Position numbers and translations under genes: made by a program. A stretch of DNA of 64,000 nucleotides from Candidatus Thiodiazotropha sp. GTDB taxonomy: Bacteria > Pseudomonadota > Gammaproteobacteria > Chromatiales > Chromatiaceae. The stretch covers positions 28,589 to 92,588 of the forward strand of contig JBEVVR010000034.1 of NCBI GenBank assembly GCA_040507035.1, read 5' to 3'. The notes beneath the pieces were generated by a model. The model saw only the letters and a program-made list of their open reading frames with translations, made no database searches and had not been told where the DNA came from. Below, piece by piece: positions 1 through 9,237 of this stretch; position 1 is the stretch's first letter; each line of letters begins with the position of its first letter.

Positions 1-786
1 ATCATGCTGGGTCGCAGCTACATGGCGATGAACGACCAGGCGGCGGCGATCGACGCCTTCGAACGCGCCATGGAGATCAGTGATCAGAATGCGAGCCTAC
101 TGCTGGCTTATGCCGAAGCCATCGCTTCAGGTAACGGAAATGACTTCACCGGACGTGCTGCCGGGATGGTGGAAAAGGCGTTGCTGCTGGAACCCAACAA
201 TCCCAATGTTCTCTGGATCTCAGGCATAGTCGCCTATCAGCGCAACAACTACCAGGCTGCGGTAGACCACTGGTCACTGCTGCGAGGAATGTTGAAACCA
301 CAGAGCGCAGAACTCGAATCGGTGAACAGTGCCCTTGACGACGCCCGTGCCAAGTTGGGACTGCCCCCTGAGGAGCCTGAACTACCCACTATTGCACAAC
401 CCAAAGCACCTGTGACCGACAAGGTGGCTGATGCTCAGGGCAAGTCGCTGCAAGTCGAAATCACACTCTCGCCTGAAATGGAGAAAAAGACAAAACCGGA
501 CGATCTGCTGTTTATCTATGCCAAGGCAGTGAGCGGCCCACCCATGCCGCTGGCAGCCGTGCGCAAGCGGGTCAGCGATCTCCCCCTCTCCATCAGTCTG
601 GATGACAGCATGGCGATGATGCCGCAGATGAGACTCTCTCAATTCTCCCAGGTTTCGGTAGGCGCACGCATATCCCTCTCGGGAAGCCCCAGCGCACAGA
701 GCGGTGACCTCGAGGGAGAGATCAGCGCTGTGAGCCCGGGACAGACGGAAATCGTTAAGGTTGTGATCGATTCGGTACACCCCTGA
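1..786 (+). CDS. ccmI: Cytochrome c biogenesis TPR protein CcmI/CycH (5' truncated by window edge)
   Basis: Frame open from base 1. TPR-like helices plus the typical C-terminal domain 'LFIYAKAVSGPPMPLAAVR...LDDSMAMMPQMRLS...VGARISLSG'. Confidence 0.85.
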   Translation: MMLGRSYMAMNDQAAAIDAFERAMEISDQNASLLLAYAEAIASGNGNDFTGRAAGMVEKALLLEPNNPNVLWISGIVAYQRNNYQAAVDHWSLLRGMLKPQSAELESVNSALDDARAKLGLPPEEPELPTIAQPKAPVTDKVADAQGKSLQVEITLSPEMEKKTKPDDLLFIYAKAVSGPPMPLAAVRKRVSDLPLSISLDDSMAMMPQMRLSQFSQVSVGARISLSGSPSAQSGDLEGEISAVSPGQTEIVKVVIDSVHP

Positions 787-1028
787 ACGACGCCAGCGGT
801 CCATAGGCCATATCGACATGCCAACCTTAAGCCGACAAGCCTGGTGAAGCGGTAGCTCCCTCTTGTAAATGGCTAGATGCCAGTTTTTTTACATTTTCCT
901 GTTCAAGCTCAACATCTCCTGTAATCTGCTTGATATACTGGGCTAAGCAAAAGAAAACAAATACCCTTTTGCCGGTATCTTCCAACGATTTCTTGGTAGA
1001 CGCGGGCATTCCGCTGATAGGAGTCACT

Positions 1029-3065
1029 ATGGCCAGTTATTCAACCCACGACATTCGCAATATTGCCCTCGTAGGGCATGCTGGAGCTGGCAAGACCAGT
1101 CTGATCGAATCCCTGCTGCACCGCAGCGGCATGATTCACAGCACTGGCACTGTCGAGAGAGGCGATACCGTCTGTGATTATGACGACATGGAAAAAGAAC
1201 AGCAGCACTCCCTTGACATCGCAATCGCTCATCTCAGCCATGAGGGCAAGCAGGTCAATATCATCGATACACCGGGATATGGCGATTTTCTTGGTCGTGG
1301 AATAAGCATACTACCCGCTGTCGAGACAGCTGCGGTGGTGGTCAATGCCGCCACAGGCATAGAGCCCGTTACTATCCGCATGATGGAGGCCGCCAAGCGA
1401 AGAAACCTGTGCCGTTTTATCATCGTAAACAAGATCGATGCCGAGGGGGTCGATTACGAAGCACTGTTGAATACCCTGCAGGAGAGTTTCGGCAAGGAGT
1501 GCCTGCCTATCAATCTACCCACTGAGAATGGACAGAAGGTCATTGACTGTTTCTTTCAGCCCGGTGGCGACCCAACCGACTTTTCATCGGTTTCCCAGGC
1601 CCACGACAATATGGTCGATCAGGTGGTCGAAGTTGATGAGGAGCTGATGGAGCTCTACCTGGAGCAAGGTGAAGCCTTGGAGCCGGAACAGCTCCACGAC
1701 CCCTTCGAGAAGGCACTGCGTGAAGGCCATCTGATTCCTGTCTGTTTTGCCTCGGTTGAAAACGGTGCCGGCATCGACGAGCTGTTGACCTTGTTTGCCC
1801 GCCTGATGCCCGATCCTACCGAGGGTAATCCACCACCCTTCATGAAAGGTGAAGGCGCTGACATGCAACCGGTCGAGGTCTCACCAGACCCGGAAAAACA
1901 TGTCATCGGCCATGTCTTTAAAGTCCTCAACGACCCCTACCGGGGCAAGCTGGGTATCTTTCGTGTACACCAGGGAACCCTGGAAACCAATGCACAACTC
2001 TACATTGGTGATGCGCGCAAGCCGTTCAAGGTGAACCACCTGCTGAGGCTTCAGGGCAAGGAGCAGGATGAGATGAGTCAGGCGGTACCCGGCGACATCT
2101 GCGCCGTGGCAAGGATTGAAGATATCCATTTCGATGCCGTGCTGCATGATTCCCACGACGAGGACCACCACCACCTGCGTTCCATCGAATGTCCTGTTCC
2201 CCTGTTCGGGCTTGCGATCACTACCACCAAGCGGGGCGACGAACAGAAACTGAGCGATGCCTTGCACAAGCTTGAAGATGAAGATCCCTGCTTCCATGTC
2301 GAGCACAATGTCAGCCTCAATGAGACGGTGATGCGCGGTCTTGGTGAAATGCACCTGGAGGTCTTACTGCAACAGATAAAGAAGAAATATGGCGTCGAGG
2401 TGGAGACCCATCCGCCAAGCATCGCCTATCGTGAAACCATCACGCGCAAGGCCGAGGCAAGCTATCGTCATAAAAAACAGACCGGTGGTGCCGGTCAGTT
2501 CGGTGAGGTACATCTTCGTATCGAACCATTGACTCGCGGAGATGGCTTTGAGTTTGTCAACAAGATCGTCGGCGGTGCGATTCCGGGACAGTTCATTCCC
2601 GCTGTTGAAAAGGGGGTAAAGCAAGCCATGGAGGAAGGCGCAATCGGCGGCTTTGCGATGCAGGATGTCCGCGTGGTCATCTATGATGGCAAATACCACG
2701 CTGTCGACTCCAAGGAGATCGCCTTTGTCACTGCCGGTAAGAAGGCATTTCTCGAGGCAGTGGATAAGGCTGGCCCGGTGATACTGGAACCGATCGTGAA
2801 TATCGCCATTACCACACCGGACAATTTCATGGGCGACTTGACCGGTGATCTTGCAGGAAGACGAGGACAGATCAGCGGTACTGAATCGGGACACAACAAC
2901 ATGCTGGTCATCAAGGGCCAGGCACCGCTTGCGGAACTGGAGGGTTACGCCACCCAGCTCAAGGCGATGACCGGTGGCGAAGGCAACTACACAATCGAGT
3001 TCAGTCACTACGAAGCGGTACCCGCCAATGTTCAACAAAAACTTAAATCGGCTAGCCGGGAGTGA
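1029..3065 (+). CDS. fusA2: Elongation factor G paralog (EF-G II type)
   Basis: GHAGAGKTSL P-loop, DTPGY, NKID, domain III GLGEMHL, domain IV KKQTGGAGQFG and DGKYHAVDS. Start placed at ATG 1029 behind an ATAGGAG RBS. Confidence 0.9.
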   Translation: MASYSTHDIRNIALVGHAGAGKTSLIESLLHRSGMIHSTGTVERGDTVCDYDDMEKEQQHSLDIAIAHLSHEGKQVNIIDTPGYGDFLGRGISILPAVETAAVVVNAATGIEPVTIRMMEAAKRRNLCRFIIVNKIDAEGVDYEALLNTLQESFGKECLPINLPTENGQKVIDCFFQPGGDPTDFSSVSQAHDNMVDQVVEVDEELMELYLEQGEALEPEQLHDPFEKALREGHLIPVCFASVENGAGIDELLTLFARLMPDPTEGNPPPFMKGEGADMQPVEVSPDPEKHVIGHVFKVLNDPYRGKLGIFRVHQGTLETNAQLYIGDARKPFKVNHLLRLQGKEQDEMSQAVPGDICAVARIEDIHFDAVLHDSHDEDHHHLRSIECPVPLFGLAITTTKRGDEQKLSDALHKLEDEDPCFHVEHNVSLNETVMRGLGEMHLEVLLQQIKKKYGVEVETHPPSIAYRETITRKAEASYRHKKQTGGAGQFGEVHLRIEPLTRGDGFEFVNKIVGGAIPGQFIPAVEKGVKQAMEEGAIGGFAMQDVRVVIYDGKYHAVDSKEIAFVTAGKKAFLEAVDKAGPVILEPIVNIAITTPDNFMGDLTGDLAGRRGQISGTESGHNNMLVIKGQAPLAELEGYATQLKAMTGGEGNYTIEFSHYEAVPANVQQKLKSASRE

Positions 3066-3143
3066 TCTGCACACACAAATCTTACCCTTAAACGTTTATC
3101 TATACCTCCTTGTAGGTAGGCATGTAAGACTGTTTAGGTAAAC

Positions 3144-3187
3144 AAAACCGCTCTGCTTTTTATGCTATAAAAACAGAGCGGTTTTTT
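3144..3187. terminator. Bidirectional intrinsic terminator-like inverted repeat downstream of fusA2
   Basis: aaaaccgctctg ... cagagcggtttt, a 12-bp perfect inverted repeat with additional inner pairing, flanked by A and T runs. Confidence 0.7.
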
Positions 3188-3359
3188 GTTTTCGTTTCTT
3201 TAAAAAACAAGTAAAAAGCGAAAGACAAAAATTAAAAAAACCCAATTACAGACGCACTGAAATGAATTCAGCCAGTTGAAATAAATAACCAAAAAACAAC
3301 ACTTTTACAGCTTTTAGCAAAACAAAGTATTTTGCAAAATAATGAATCACTGGAGATGC

Positions 3360-3373
3360 TTGATCTAGATCAA
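3360..3373. promoter_or_regulatory. FNR/Anr/Dnr-family binding site
   Basis: TTGAT-CTAG-ATCAA is an exact match to the TTGAT-N4-ATCAA consensus, about 280 bp upstream of the octaheme gene. Confidence 0.8.
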
Positions 3374-3652
3374 GGCGCTCACTCTCCCGAATCGTTTTTA
3401 TAGGCTCGTGTAAGCATAAAAAGAACAGGGTTTTACTGACTAGACAACATAAGTAAAGCCATGCAGTCCCCATGGCCATAATAATCTGGGGTTGGTAAAA
3501 AAGTCATAACCATCCTTTCTTCATAATTCGCTTGCTCACTCACTTTGGGAGGCTCATCCGTTGCGCTTGTGCATCATTATTTCAACTTCGTTTAAATTGC
3601 ATCTGCCGTTGATGAATCTCTTCCTTACTCTCAACCCATTAAGGAGGGAGCT

Positions 3653-5146
3653 ATGAAACGCTTCGGTAATGGTCGATTCGGTGCAATATTGGGGAGTGTT
3701 GCAGCGGGAATCACGCTGCTGCTGCAAATCTCGATAGCGGACGCTGCAAGACCTTCTGGTGAGATTGGTAAAGATTGGGGCAACCCGAAAGGCCACGAGT
3801 GTGTCGAGTGTCACTGGATGGAGGATCCGGGTTTGACCATGGAGTGGAACAACAGCCAGCATGGACAGAGTGGCGTCAACTGCCTCGACTGTCACGAGGC
3901 CAAAGCGGAAGACGTGGATGGATTTGAACATGAGGGTTCCCGTATCTCCATTATCGTGACGCCCAAGGACTGCTCCAAGTGTCACTCCACTGAATTCGAA
4001 GAGATGGATGGTTCCCACCACTCCAAAGGCGGCCAGATCCTTGCCTCCCTCGACAATCTGCTCGGTGAAGTGGTTGGTGGACCTGCCGCTGTCAATGCCG
4101 GTTGCCGTCAATGTCACGGTTCCAAGGTCGAAATCGGCGATGACGGCAAACCGCTGCCGACCACCTGGCCCAACACCGGTATCGGCCGCCTCAATCCTGA
4201 CGGTTCCGCCGGTTCCTGTACCGCCTGTCACGGTCGCCATCGTTTCTCCAAGGCCCAGGCCCGTACACCTGACACCTGCGGCAAGTGCCACGTCGGCCCC
4301 GACCATCCGCAGATTGAGGTCTACAACGAGTCGAAACACGGCATCATCTACCGCGCCAAGGTCGATGAGATGAACATGGAGTCGGACAAGTGGGTCGCCG
4401 GTGTTGACTACTCTGCAGCTCCCACCTGCGCCACCTGCCACATGAGTGCCGGCGGTAAAGAGGGCAAGACCCATAACGTGGGCGACCGCATCTCCTGGAC
4501 CCTGCGTCCGCCGATCTCTCAGAAGATCAACCTGGTGCGTCTGGAAAACGGTCAGGAATTCGACGTCAAAGAGGGTAAGGAGATACCCAAGGTCGGCGAC
4601 GAGGCGAAAGGCTCTACTGTCATCGAAGTGGTTACCTGGAAAGAGCGCCGCAAAAAGATGCAGGAAGTCTGTAAGGCCTGCCACAGCGACAGTGTCATCA
4701 ACGGTCACTACAACCAGTTCGACAACGTGGTGGAGCTCTACAACGAGAAATTCGCCAAACCGATCGCTGCTGTGATGGGTGAGTTGAAAAAGAACGGCTA
4801 TATCACCAAGGCCCCGTTTGACGACAAGATCGAGTGGACCTGGTGGGAGATCTGGCATCACGAGGGTCGTCGTGCCCGTCACGGCGCCTCCATGAGTGGT
4901 CCCGACTATACCTGGTGGCATGGCATCTATGATGTGGCCAAACATACCTACATGAAGTGGATACCTGAGCTGAAGGATGTCTCAATGAAGAAAGACGGCA
5001 ACACTAAGTTCGCCGACGCCATGTTGGATAAGTACTTCAAGCCGATCGACGGTCATACCTGGTACTTCGAAGGCATGAGCAAAGAGGCCATCGACAAGGT
5101 TCGCAAAGGGTTCGAAGAGCGCTACGGTAAAGGTGCGCTTAAGTAG
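3653..5146 (+). CDS. Octaheme c-type cytochrome, hydroxylamine oxidoreductase (HAO) family
   Basis: Signal peptide and eight CxxCH motifs (CVECH, CLDCH, CSKCH, CRQCH, CTACH, CGKCH, CATCH, CKACH). HAO-type segments 'CHGRHRFS', 'GPDHPQIEVYNESKHG' and 'HHEGRRARHG...GPDYTWWHG'. Confidence 0.85.
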   Translation: MKRFGNGRFGAILGSVAAGITLLLQISIADAARPSGEIGKDWGNPKGHECVECHWMEDPGLTMEWNNSQHGQSGVNCLDCHEAKAEDVDGFEHEGSRISIIVTPKDCSKCHSTEFEEMDGSHHSKGGQILASLDNLLGEVVGGPAAVNAGCRQCHGSKVEIGDDGKPLPTTWPNTGIGRLNPDGSAGSCTACHGRHRFSKAQARTPDTCGKCHVGPDHPQIEVYNESKHGIIYRAKVDEMNMESDKWVAGVDYSAAPTCATCHMSAGGKEGKTHNVGDRISWTLRPPISQKINLVRLENGQEFDVKEGKEIPKVGDEAKGSTVIEVVTWKERRKKMQEVCKACHSDSVINGHYNQFDNVVELYNEKFAKPIAAVMGELKKNGYITKAPFDDKIEWTWWEIWHHEGRRARHGASMSGPDYTWWHGIYDVAKHTYMKWIPELKDVSMKKDGNTKFADAMLDKYFKPIDGHTWYFEGMSKEAIDKVRKGFEERYGKGALK

Positions 5147-5164
5147 TTCCCTTAACGCCATCTA

Positions 5165-5191
5165 CCCCTTCGGGCTTGCATGCCTGAGGGG
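5165..5191 (+). other. Intercistronic stem-loop after the octaheme gene
   Basis: cccct-t-cgggc/ttgcat/gcctg-agggg hairpin without a clear U-tract. Confidence 0.5.
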
Positions 5192-5224
5192 GTCTTGTTA
5201 CATCTCCAGTAGTCGAGGTCATTC

Positions 5225-5671
5225 ATGGAGAGACAATTCATCTATCTGCTGACGATCTCACTCTATCTGAGTGGAGTCACGTCGCTAATGGCACAAGAGC
5301 CTGTGGAGGATTTACTTGCTCAAGCACAGCGCTTATCCGAATCGGGCAAGCTGTCTGAAGCACACGCTATACTGGTTAAGGCGGTCGAGACAGATCCGCA
5401 GTCATCATCCGCCCATACCCGGTTGGGGGGTGTGCAACTGCTGCAACGCAACTATCAGTCCGGCATCAAGCATTTTCAACAGGCGATCATGTTGGATGGC
5501 ACAAATGCGGATGCCTTCGTCGGCCTGGCTGTTGCCTACCTGCATCTAGGTCGTTATGCCCTGGCTAGAGAGGCATTCAAAGAGGCGCAGCAAAAGGGCC
5601 CGTCAAAACAGCAGGATATCGATAAAATACTGGCCTGGCTCGATCAAAGATCTGCAAAAGACGGACACTGA
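5225..5671 (+). CDS. Periplasmic tetratricopeptide-repeat protein
   Basis: Signal peptide followed by about three TPR units (e.g. 'AHTRLGGVQLLQRNYQSGIKHFQQAIMLD', 'AFVGLAVAYLHLGRYALAREAF'). Confidence 0.8.
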   Translation: MERQFIYLLTISLYLSGVTSLMAQEPVEDLLAQAQRLSESGKLSEAHAILVKAVETDPQSSSAHTRLGGVQLLQRNYQSGIKHFQQAIMLDGTNADAFVGLAVAYLHLGRYALAREAFKEAQQKGPSKQQDIDKILAWLDQRSAKDGH

Positions 5672-5697
5672 GAAGCGGTCCACCCGAGGAGGTATTG

Positions 5698-6366
5698 ATG
5701 AAAACAAACAGAAAACTGGTAAAGGCAGTGATTGCCAGCCTGTTGTTTGGCTGGCTGGTGTCGAGCTGCACCACGACCGACAGTGCGATGCAAAAAGAGG
5801 CCGCCGTAACTGGCGCAAAGGCTGATGAAAAGATGGCCCCCGCAAAGCCACAAGGCGTCAGATCCCCCAGCATGTTGGCCAACACCTGCGCCGGCTGCCA
5901 TGGCACCGACGGCGCCAGTGCGGGGGATGCCATGCCGATCATCGGTGGCCTGGAGAAGGAGTATCTGCAGATCGTATTGGCCGAGTACAAGAGCGGCGAA
6001 CGAGATTCTACCATCATGGGCCGTATCGCCAGGGGCTACTCCGATAACGAACTGAAAGCGATTGCCTCCTATTTTGCGGACAAGCCATGGATCTCAAGCC
6101 CGGCCAAAGCTGATAAAAAGCTGGCGGCGATAGGCAAAAAGATTCATGAAAAGCGGTGTAAAACGTGTCATGAAGATGGTGGCAGGGTACAGGAGGATGA
6201 TGCTCCCCGATTGGCTGGACAATGGCCAGATTTCACCCTGATCTACCTCAAGGATTGCCACAAAAAGGGCCGGCGTTGTCAGCCGAGAAAAATGGGCAAA
6301 CGAGTCGCTGAACTCTCGCAAAAAGAGTTGCAAGCCATGGCTCACTACTATCTGAGCGAGAAATGA
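5698..6366 (+). CDS. fccA: Diheme cytochrome c subunit of flavocytochrome c sulfide dehydrogenase, predicted lipoprotein
   Basis: CAGCH and CKTCH heme motifs, 'STIMGRIARGYSD', position directly upstream of fccB, lipobox-like LVSS-C. ATG 5698 follows a GAGGAG RBS. Confidence 0.8.
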   Translation: MKTNRKLVKAVIASLLFGWLVSSCTTTDSAMQKEAAVTGAKADEKMAPAKPQGVRSPSMLANTCAGCHGTDGASAGDAMPIIGGLEKEYLQIVLAEYKSGERDSTIMGRIARGYSDNELKAIASYFADKPWISSPAKADKKLAAIGKKIHEKRCKTCHEDGGRVQEDDAPRLAGQWPDFTLIYLKDCHKKGRRCQPRKMGKRVAELSQKELQAMAHYYLSEK

Positions 6367-6376
6367 GGGGAGCACG

Positions 6377-7663
6377 ATGGCTAAACTGACACGTAGAAAC
6401 TTTATCAAGACTACAGGCGCTTGTGCGGCGCTTGGTACCGCAGCAGCTATCAGCCCTGCTGTATTAGCTAAAAGCGCCAAAGGCCGTGTAATTGTTATCG
6501 GCGGTGGTTATGGTGGTTCTATCGCGGCCAAGTATATAAAAAAGGCCGATCCCTCGATCGATGTCACCTTGATTGAGAAAAACACCCAGTATGTCTCCTG
6601 CCCGCTGAGTAATGAGGTGTTGGGTGGGGAGCGTGACATCGGCAGCGTCACTTTCAACTATAAGGCAATGAGCCAGAACCACAGTATCCAGGTGGTACAC
6701 GATGAAGTGGTTGAGATCGATGCCACCAACCATAAGGTAAAGGTTGCAGGTGGCAATCAGTACCAGTACGACAAACTGGTCGTCTCACCGGGGATCGACT
6801 TCCGTTTTGAGATGATCGAAGGCCATAGTGCCGCGCTGGCCGAGAAGATTCCCCATGCCTGGAAGGCGGGACCTCAAACCAACCTCCTGCGTAAACAATT
6901 GATGGCGATGAAGGATGGCGGTGTCTGTTATATCGCAGCACCCCCCAATCCCTTCCGCTGCCCACCCGGTCCCTATGAGCGTGCCGCGCAGATAGCCCAC
7001 TACTTCAAGCAGCAGAAACCCAAATCGAAAGTCATCATTCTGGATGCCAAGGACAAGTTTTCCAAGCAGGGCCTGTTCATGCAGGGTTACAAGAAGTTCT
7101 ATGGCGATACCATCGAATGGGTCAGCGGTGCCAACGGTGGCATCATCGAAGGGATCGATGCAGACAACATGACCCTGGTGGGCCAGGTAGACGAGTACAA
7201 AGGCGATGTCCTCAACGTCATCCCCGCGCAAAAGGCAGGCAAGATAGCGCAGATGGCGGGACTGACCGACACTTCTGGCTGGTGCCCGGTCAACCAGGGA
7301 ACTTTCGAATCCAACATACATAAGGACATCTATGTCATCGGTGATGCCAGTATCGCCGGCAAGATGCCAAAATCGGGTTATGCCGCTAATTCACAGGGCA
7401 AGGTCTGTGCTGCTGCAATTGTCGCGACACTTAATGGTGAACCGCCGGGTGAGCCTTCCTACGTGAACACCTGCTACAGCATCATCTCACCCGAATGGGG
7501 TATCTCGGTGGCTGCAGTCTATCAGCTGGTCGAGGGTGAGATTGTGGGGGTTAAGGGCGCAGGGGGTCTCTCCCCCATGGATGCATCCGCGGAATCAAGG
7601 GCAATCGAAGTGCAGTATGCGCGCAGCTGGTTCAAGAACATCACTTCAGACATGTTCACATAA
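6377..7663 (+). CDS. fccB: Flavocytochrome c sulfide dehydrogenase, flavoprotein subunit
   Basis: Tat signal TRRNFIK, GGGYGG FAD motif, YVSCPLSN, PFRCPPGPYERA, PKSGYAANSQGK, NTCYS. Confidence 0.92.
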   Translation: MAKLTRRNFIKTTGACAALGTAAAISPAVLAKSAKGRVIVIGGGYGGSIAAKYIKKADPSIDVTLIEKNTQYVSCPLSNEVLGGERDIGSVTFNYKAMSQNHSIQVVHDEVVEIDATNHKVKVAGGNQYQYDKLVVSPGIDFRFEMIEGHSAALAEKIPHAWKAGPQTNLLRKQLMAMKDGGVCYIAAPPNPFRCPPGPYERAAQIAHYFKQQKPKSKVIILDAKDKFSKQGLFMQGYKKFYGDTIEWVSGANGGIIEGIDADNMTLVGQVDEYKGDVLNVIPAQKAGKIAQMAGLTDTSGWCPVNQGTFESNIHKDIYVIGDASIAGKMPKSGYAANSQGKVCAAAIVATLNGEPPGEPSYVNTCYSIISPEWGISVAAVYQLVEGEIVGVKGAGGLSPMDASAESRAIEVQYARSWFKNITSDMFT

Positions 7664-7705
7664 TCAAAAGATTCAGGAAGAGTAGCAATTAAAACAGGCA
7701 AGTTT

Positions 7706-7730
7706 AGCGCCGTTATGCGGCGCTTTTTTT
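7706..7730 (+). terminator. Intrinsic terminator of the octaheme-fcc operon
   Basis: agcgccg-ttatg-cggcgct followed by a T run. Confidence 0.8.
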
Positions 7731-7933
7731 CCCAATATATGGGATAGATATTTTCCGGTAATAACAGGTGATCGTGACATGCTGAATGCCCCCCCTACAG
7801 GGGGGCATCACACATATCATGTATTCAAAAAACAGACCAGACTTCTATATATTTGTTATAAATCTACGCATCAACTATTCCCTCTATCCATATTTTATCT
7901 TGCTCGGGTTGCAAGTAGGTTAAATCACCCTGA

Positions 7934-8848
7934 TCAACCGTGGCTCTGCATCGGCATTTCGGGCGACTTTTCCTCGTCCTGTTGCTGAGTCATCATCTTG
8001 GTCTGTGCCCTCACAAGACGCGACATCGCGGAGATATCCCGATCGTTGAGAGAAAAGGCCGCATCTACCCAATCATGGGCAATATCCAGTAACTCCTGTT
8101 TCTCCAGAGGCAGCACACGATTACGCATGTTGAGAACAGACCGCCTGGTGATATTCGATTTATTGAGCCGCTTGATAAAAGACCTGAGAGCAAGCTCACC
8201 CTCACCAGGATCGGCAACCATATCGACAATGCCCATCTCATAGAGCTGCTCCGCTGTGTAACCTTTGGCGTTTACTATCATCCGCTCCACCAACGCTGGG
8301 GAGATTCGCCTGGCGAGGAAGGAGTAGGCCCCCATGCCTGGGAACATGTTGAACACGACTTCGGGAAATTTAAACATCGTGCCAGCTTCGGCAATGATGT
8401 AGTCGCTGGAGAGTGCCGCCTCGAAGCCAGCACCCAATGCTGTCCCGGTTACCAATGAAATGGTGCGAACATTGGCATTGAGATTGACGAAATTGGAATA
8501 CAGCACATCGATGCTCAGATCAGCATATTCTTGCAGGGTTTGCCGGTCACCTGATTTGATCATCTCGACAAAGAACTTGAGATCGCCGCCAAGATTGAAG
8601 ATTCCGGGTACATCGGATGCAAAAACCAAAAAATCAATTTCAGAGGTTGACTCCCTGTTGTTGAGATATTTACTGGCATAAGATTGGAAGTTGTTGATAT
8701 CTTTCAGCAACTGCGGCGAAAAACAGGGAATTGCACCGGGATCCATGGCGAATGTAAGGGTCTTGTAGCTCTCATCATAACGGACATTGAGGGTGTCGTA
8801 GGTAAGTTCGGACAATGTATTTGAGGGTACGGCTTTGAGCATTTTCAT
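7934..8848 (-). CDS. rpfF: DSF synthase, crotonase/enoyl-CoA hydratase family (RpfF-like)
   Basis: PCFS..L..DI, FNLGGDL, GFEAAL and PEV (two catalytic Glu), FPGMGAYSF, WVDAA and MSRLVRAQ match the RpfF pattern; adjacent to an rpfC-like kinase. Confidence 0.85.
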   Translation of the reverse strand: MKMLKAVPSNTLSELTYDTLNVRYDESYKTLTFAMDPGAIPCFSPQLLKDINNFQSYASKYLNNRESTSEIDFLVFASDVPGIFNLGGDLKFFVEMIKSGDRQTLQEYADLSIDVLYSNFVNLNANVRTISLVTGTALGAGFEAALSSDYIIAEAGTMFKFPEVVFNMFPGMGAYSFLARRISPALVERMIVNAKGYTAEQLYEMGIVDMVADPGEGELALRSFIKRLNKSNITRRSVLNMRNRVLPLEKQELLDIAHDWVDAAFSLNDRDISAMSRLVRAQTKMMTQQQDEEKSPEMPMQSHG

Positions 8849-9237
8849 TTCCTCTAGGCGTAGATGTTATCGAGTCTGGTGTTTGATATGTTTAGCATTC
8901 CATCGCGAGAATAAATGCGAAGGTGGTTTTATCTTAGGCCTTGCCACCCTAGGATAGAAACAGCATTTCATGAAATGGTTAAAAGAGTGCGTCGTCGTAG
9001 CGATGTGATCGTGAACCATTTCTGCTTTCCTTGGGAAGGAAAATCCGATAAGCAATTGATCCTGGGCAATATAACTTCCCATTTATCGATTATGTAGGAA
9101 ATTAATTCTCATACCAGGCATAATTTACACTATTTACAGCCGCTATCATTGTTCTATAAATTCACAAAGGTGACATTTATAGTTCCGTAAGGCGGCCCTG
9201 TAGAACAGGGATTCAGAAACTTAGGGGTAGAGAGGCC

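Noticed and set aside
930-1028. N-terminal extension of EF-G II given by the ORF track
   Set aside because: The RBS and homology begin at ATG 1029. Similar over-extended starts were trimmed for cusF, cusA, yceI, pirin, pilX1 and pilW2.
3550-3565. Possible sigma-54 promoter (AGGCTC-N5-TTGCG) upstream of the octaheme gene
   Set aside because: GG-N10-GC spacing is right but the -24 element matches only 4 of 6 and no activator is nearby; too weak to call.
3554-4945. 463-aa ORF antisense to the octaheme gene
   Set aside because: Mirror frame of a strongly codon-biased gene; no motifs or RBS. The same applies to 20457-21284, 36829-37830, 51429-52472 and 62518-63264.
7786-7808. atgcccccc/ggggggcat hairpin downstream of rpfF
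   Set aside because: No U-tract on either strand and no second copy seen; function unsupported.
8867-9097. Short ORFs between rpfF and rpfC
   Set aside because: They overlap each other on opposite strands in a divergent promoter region and show no recognisable motif.
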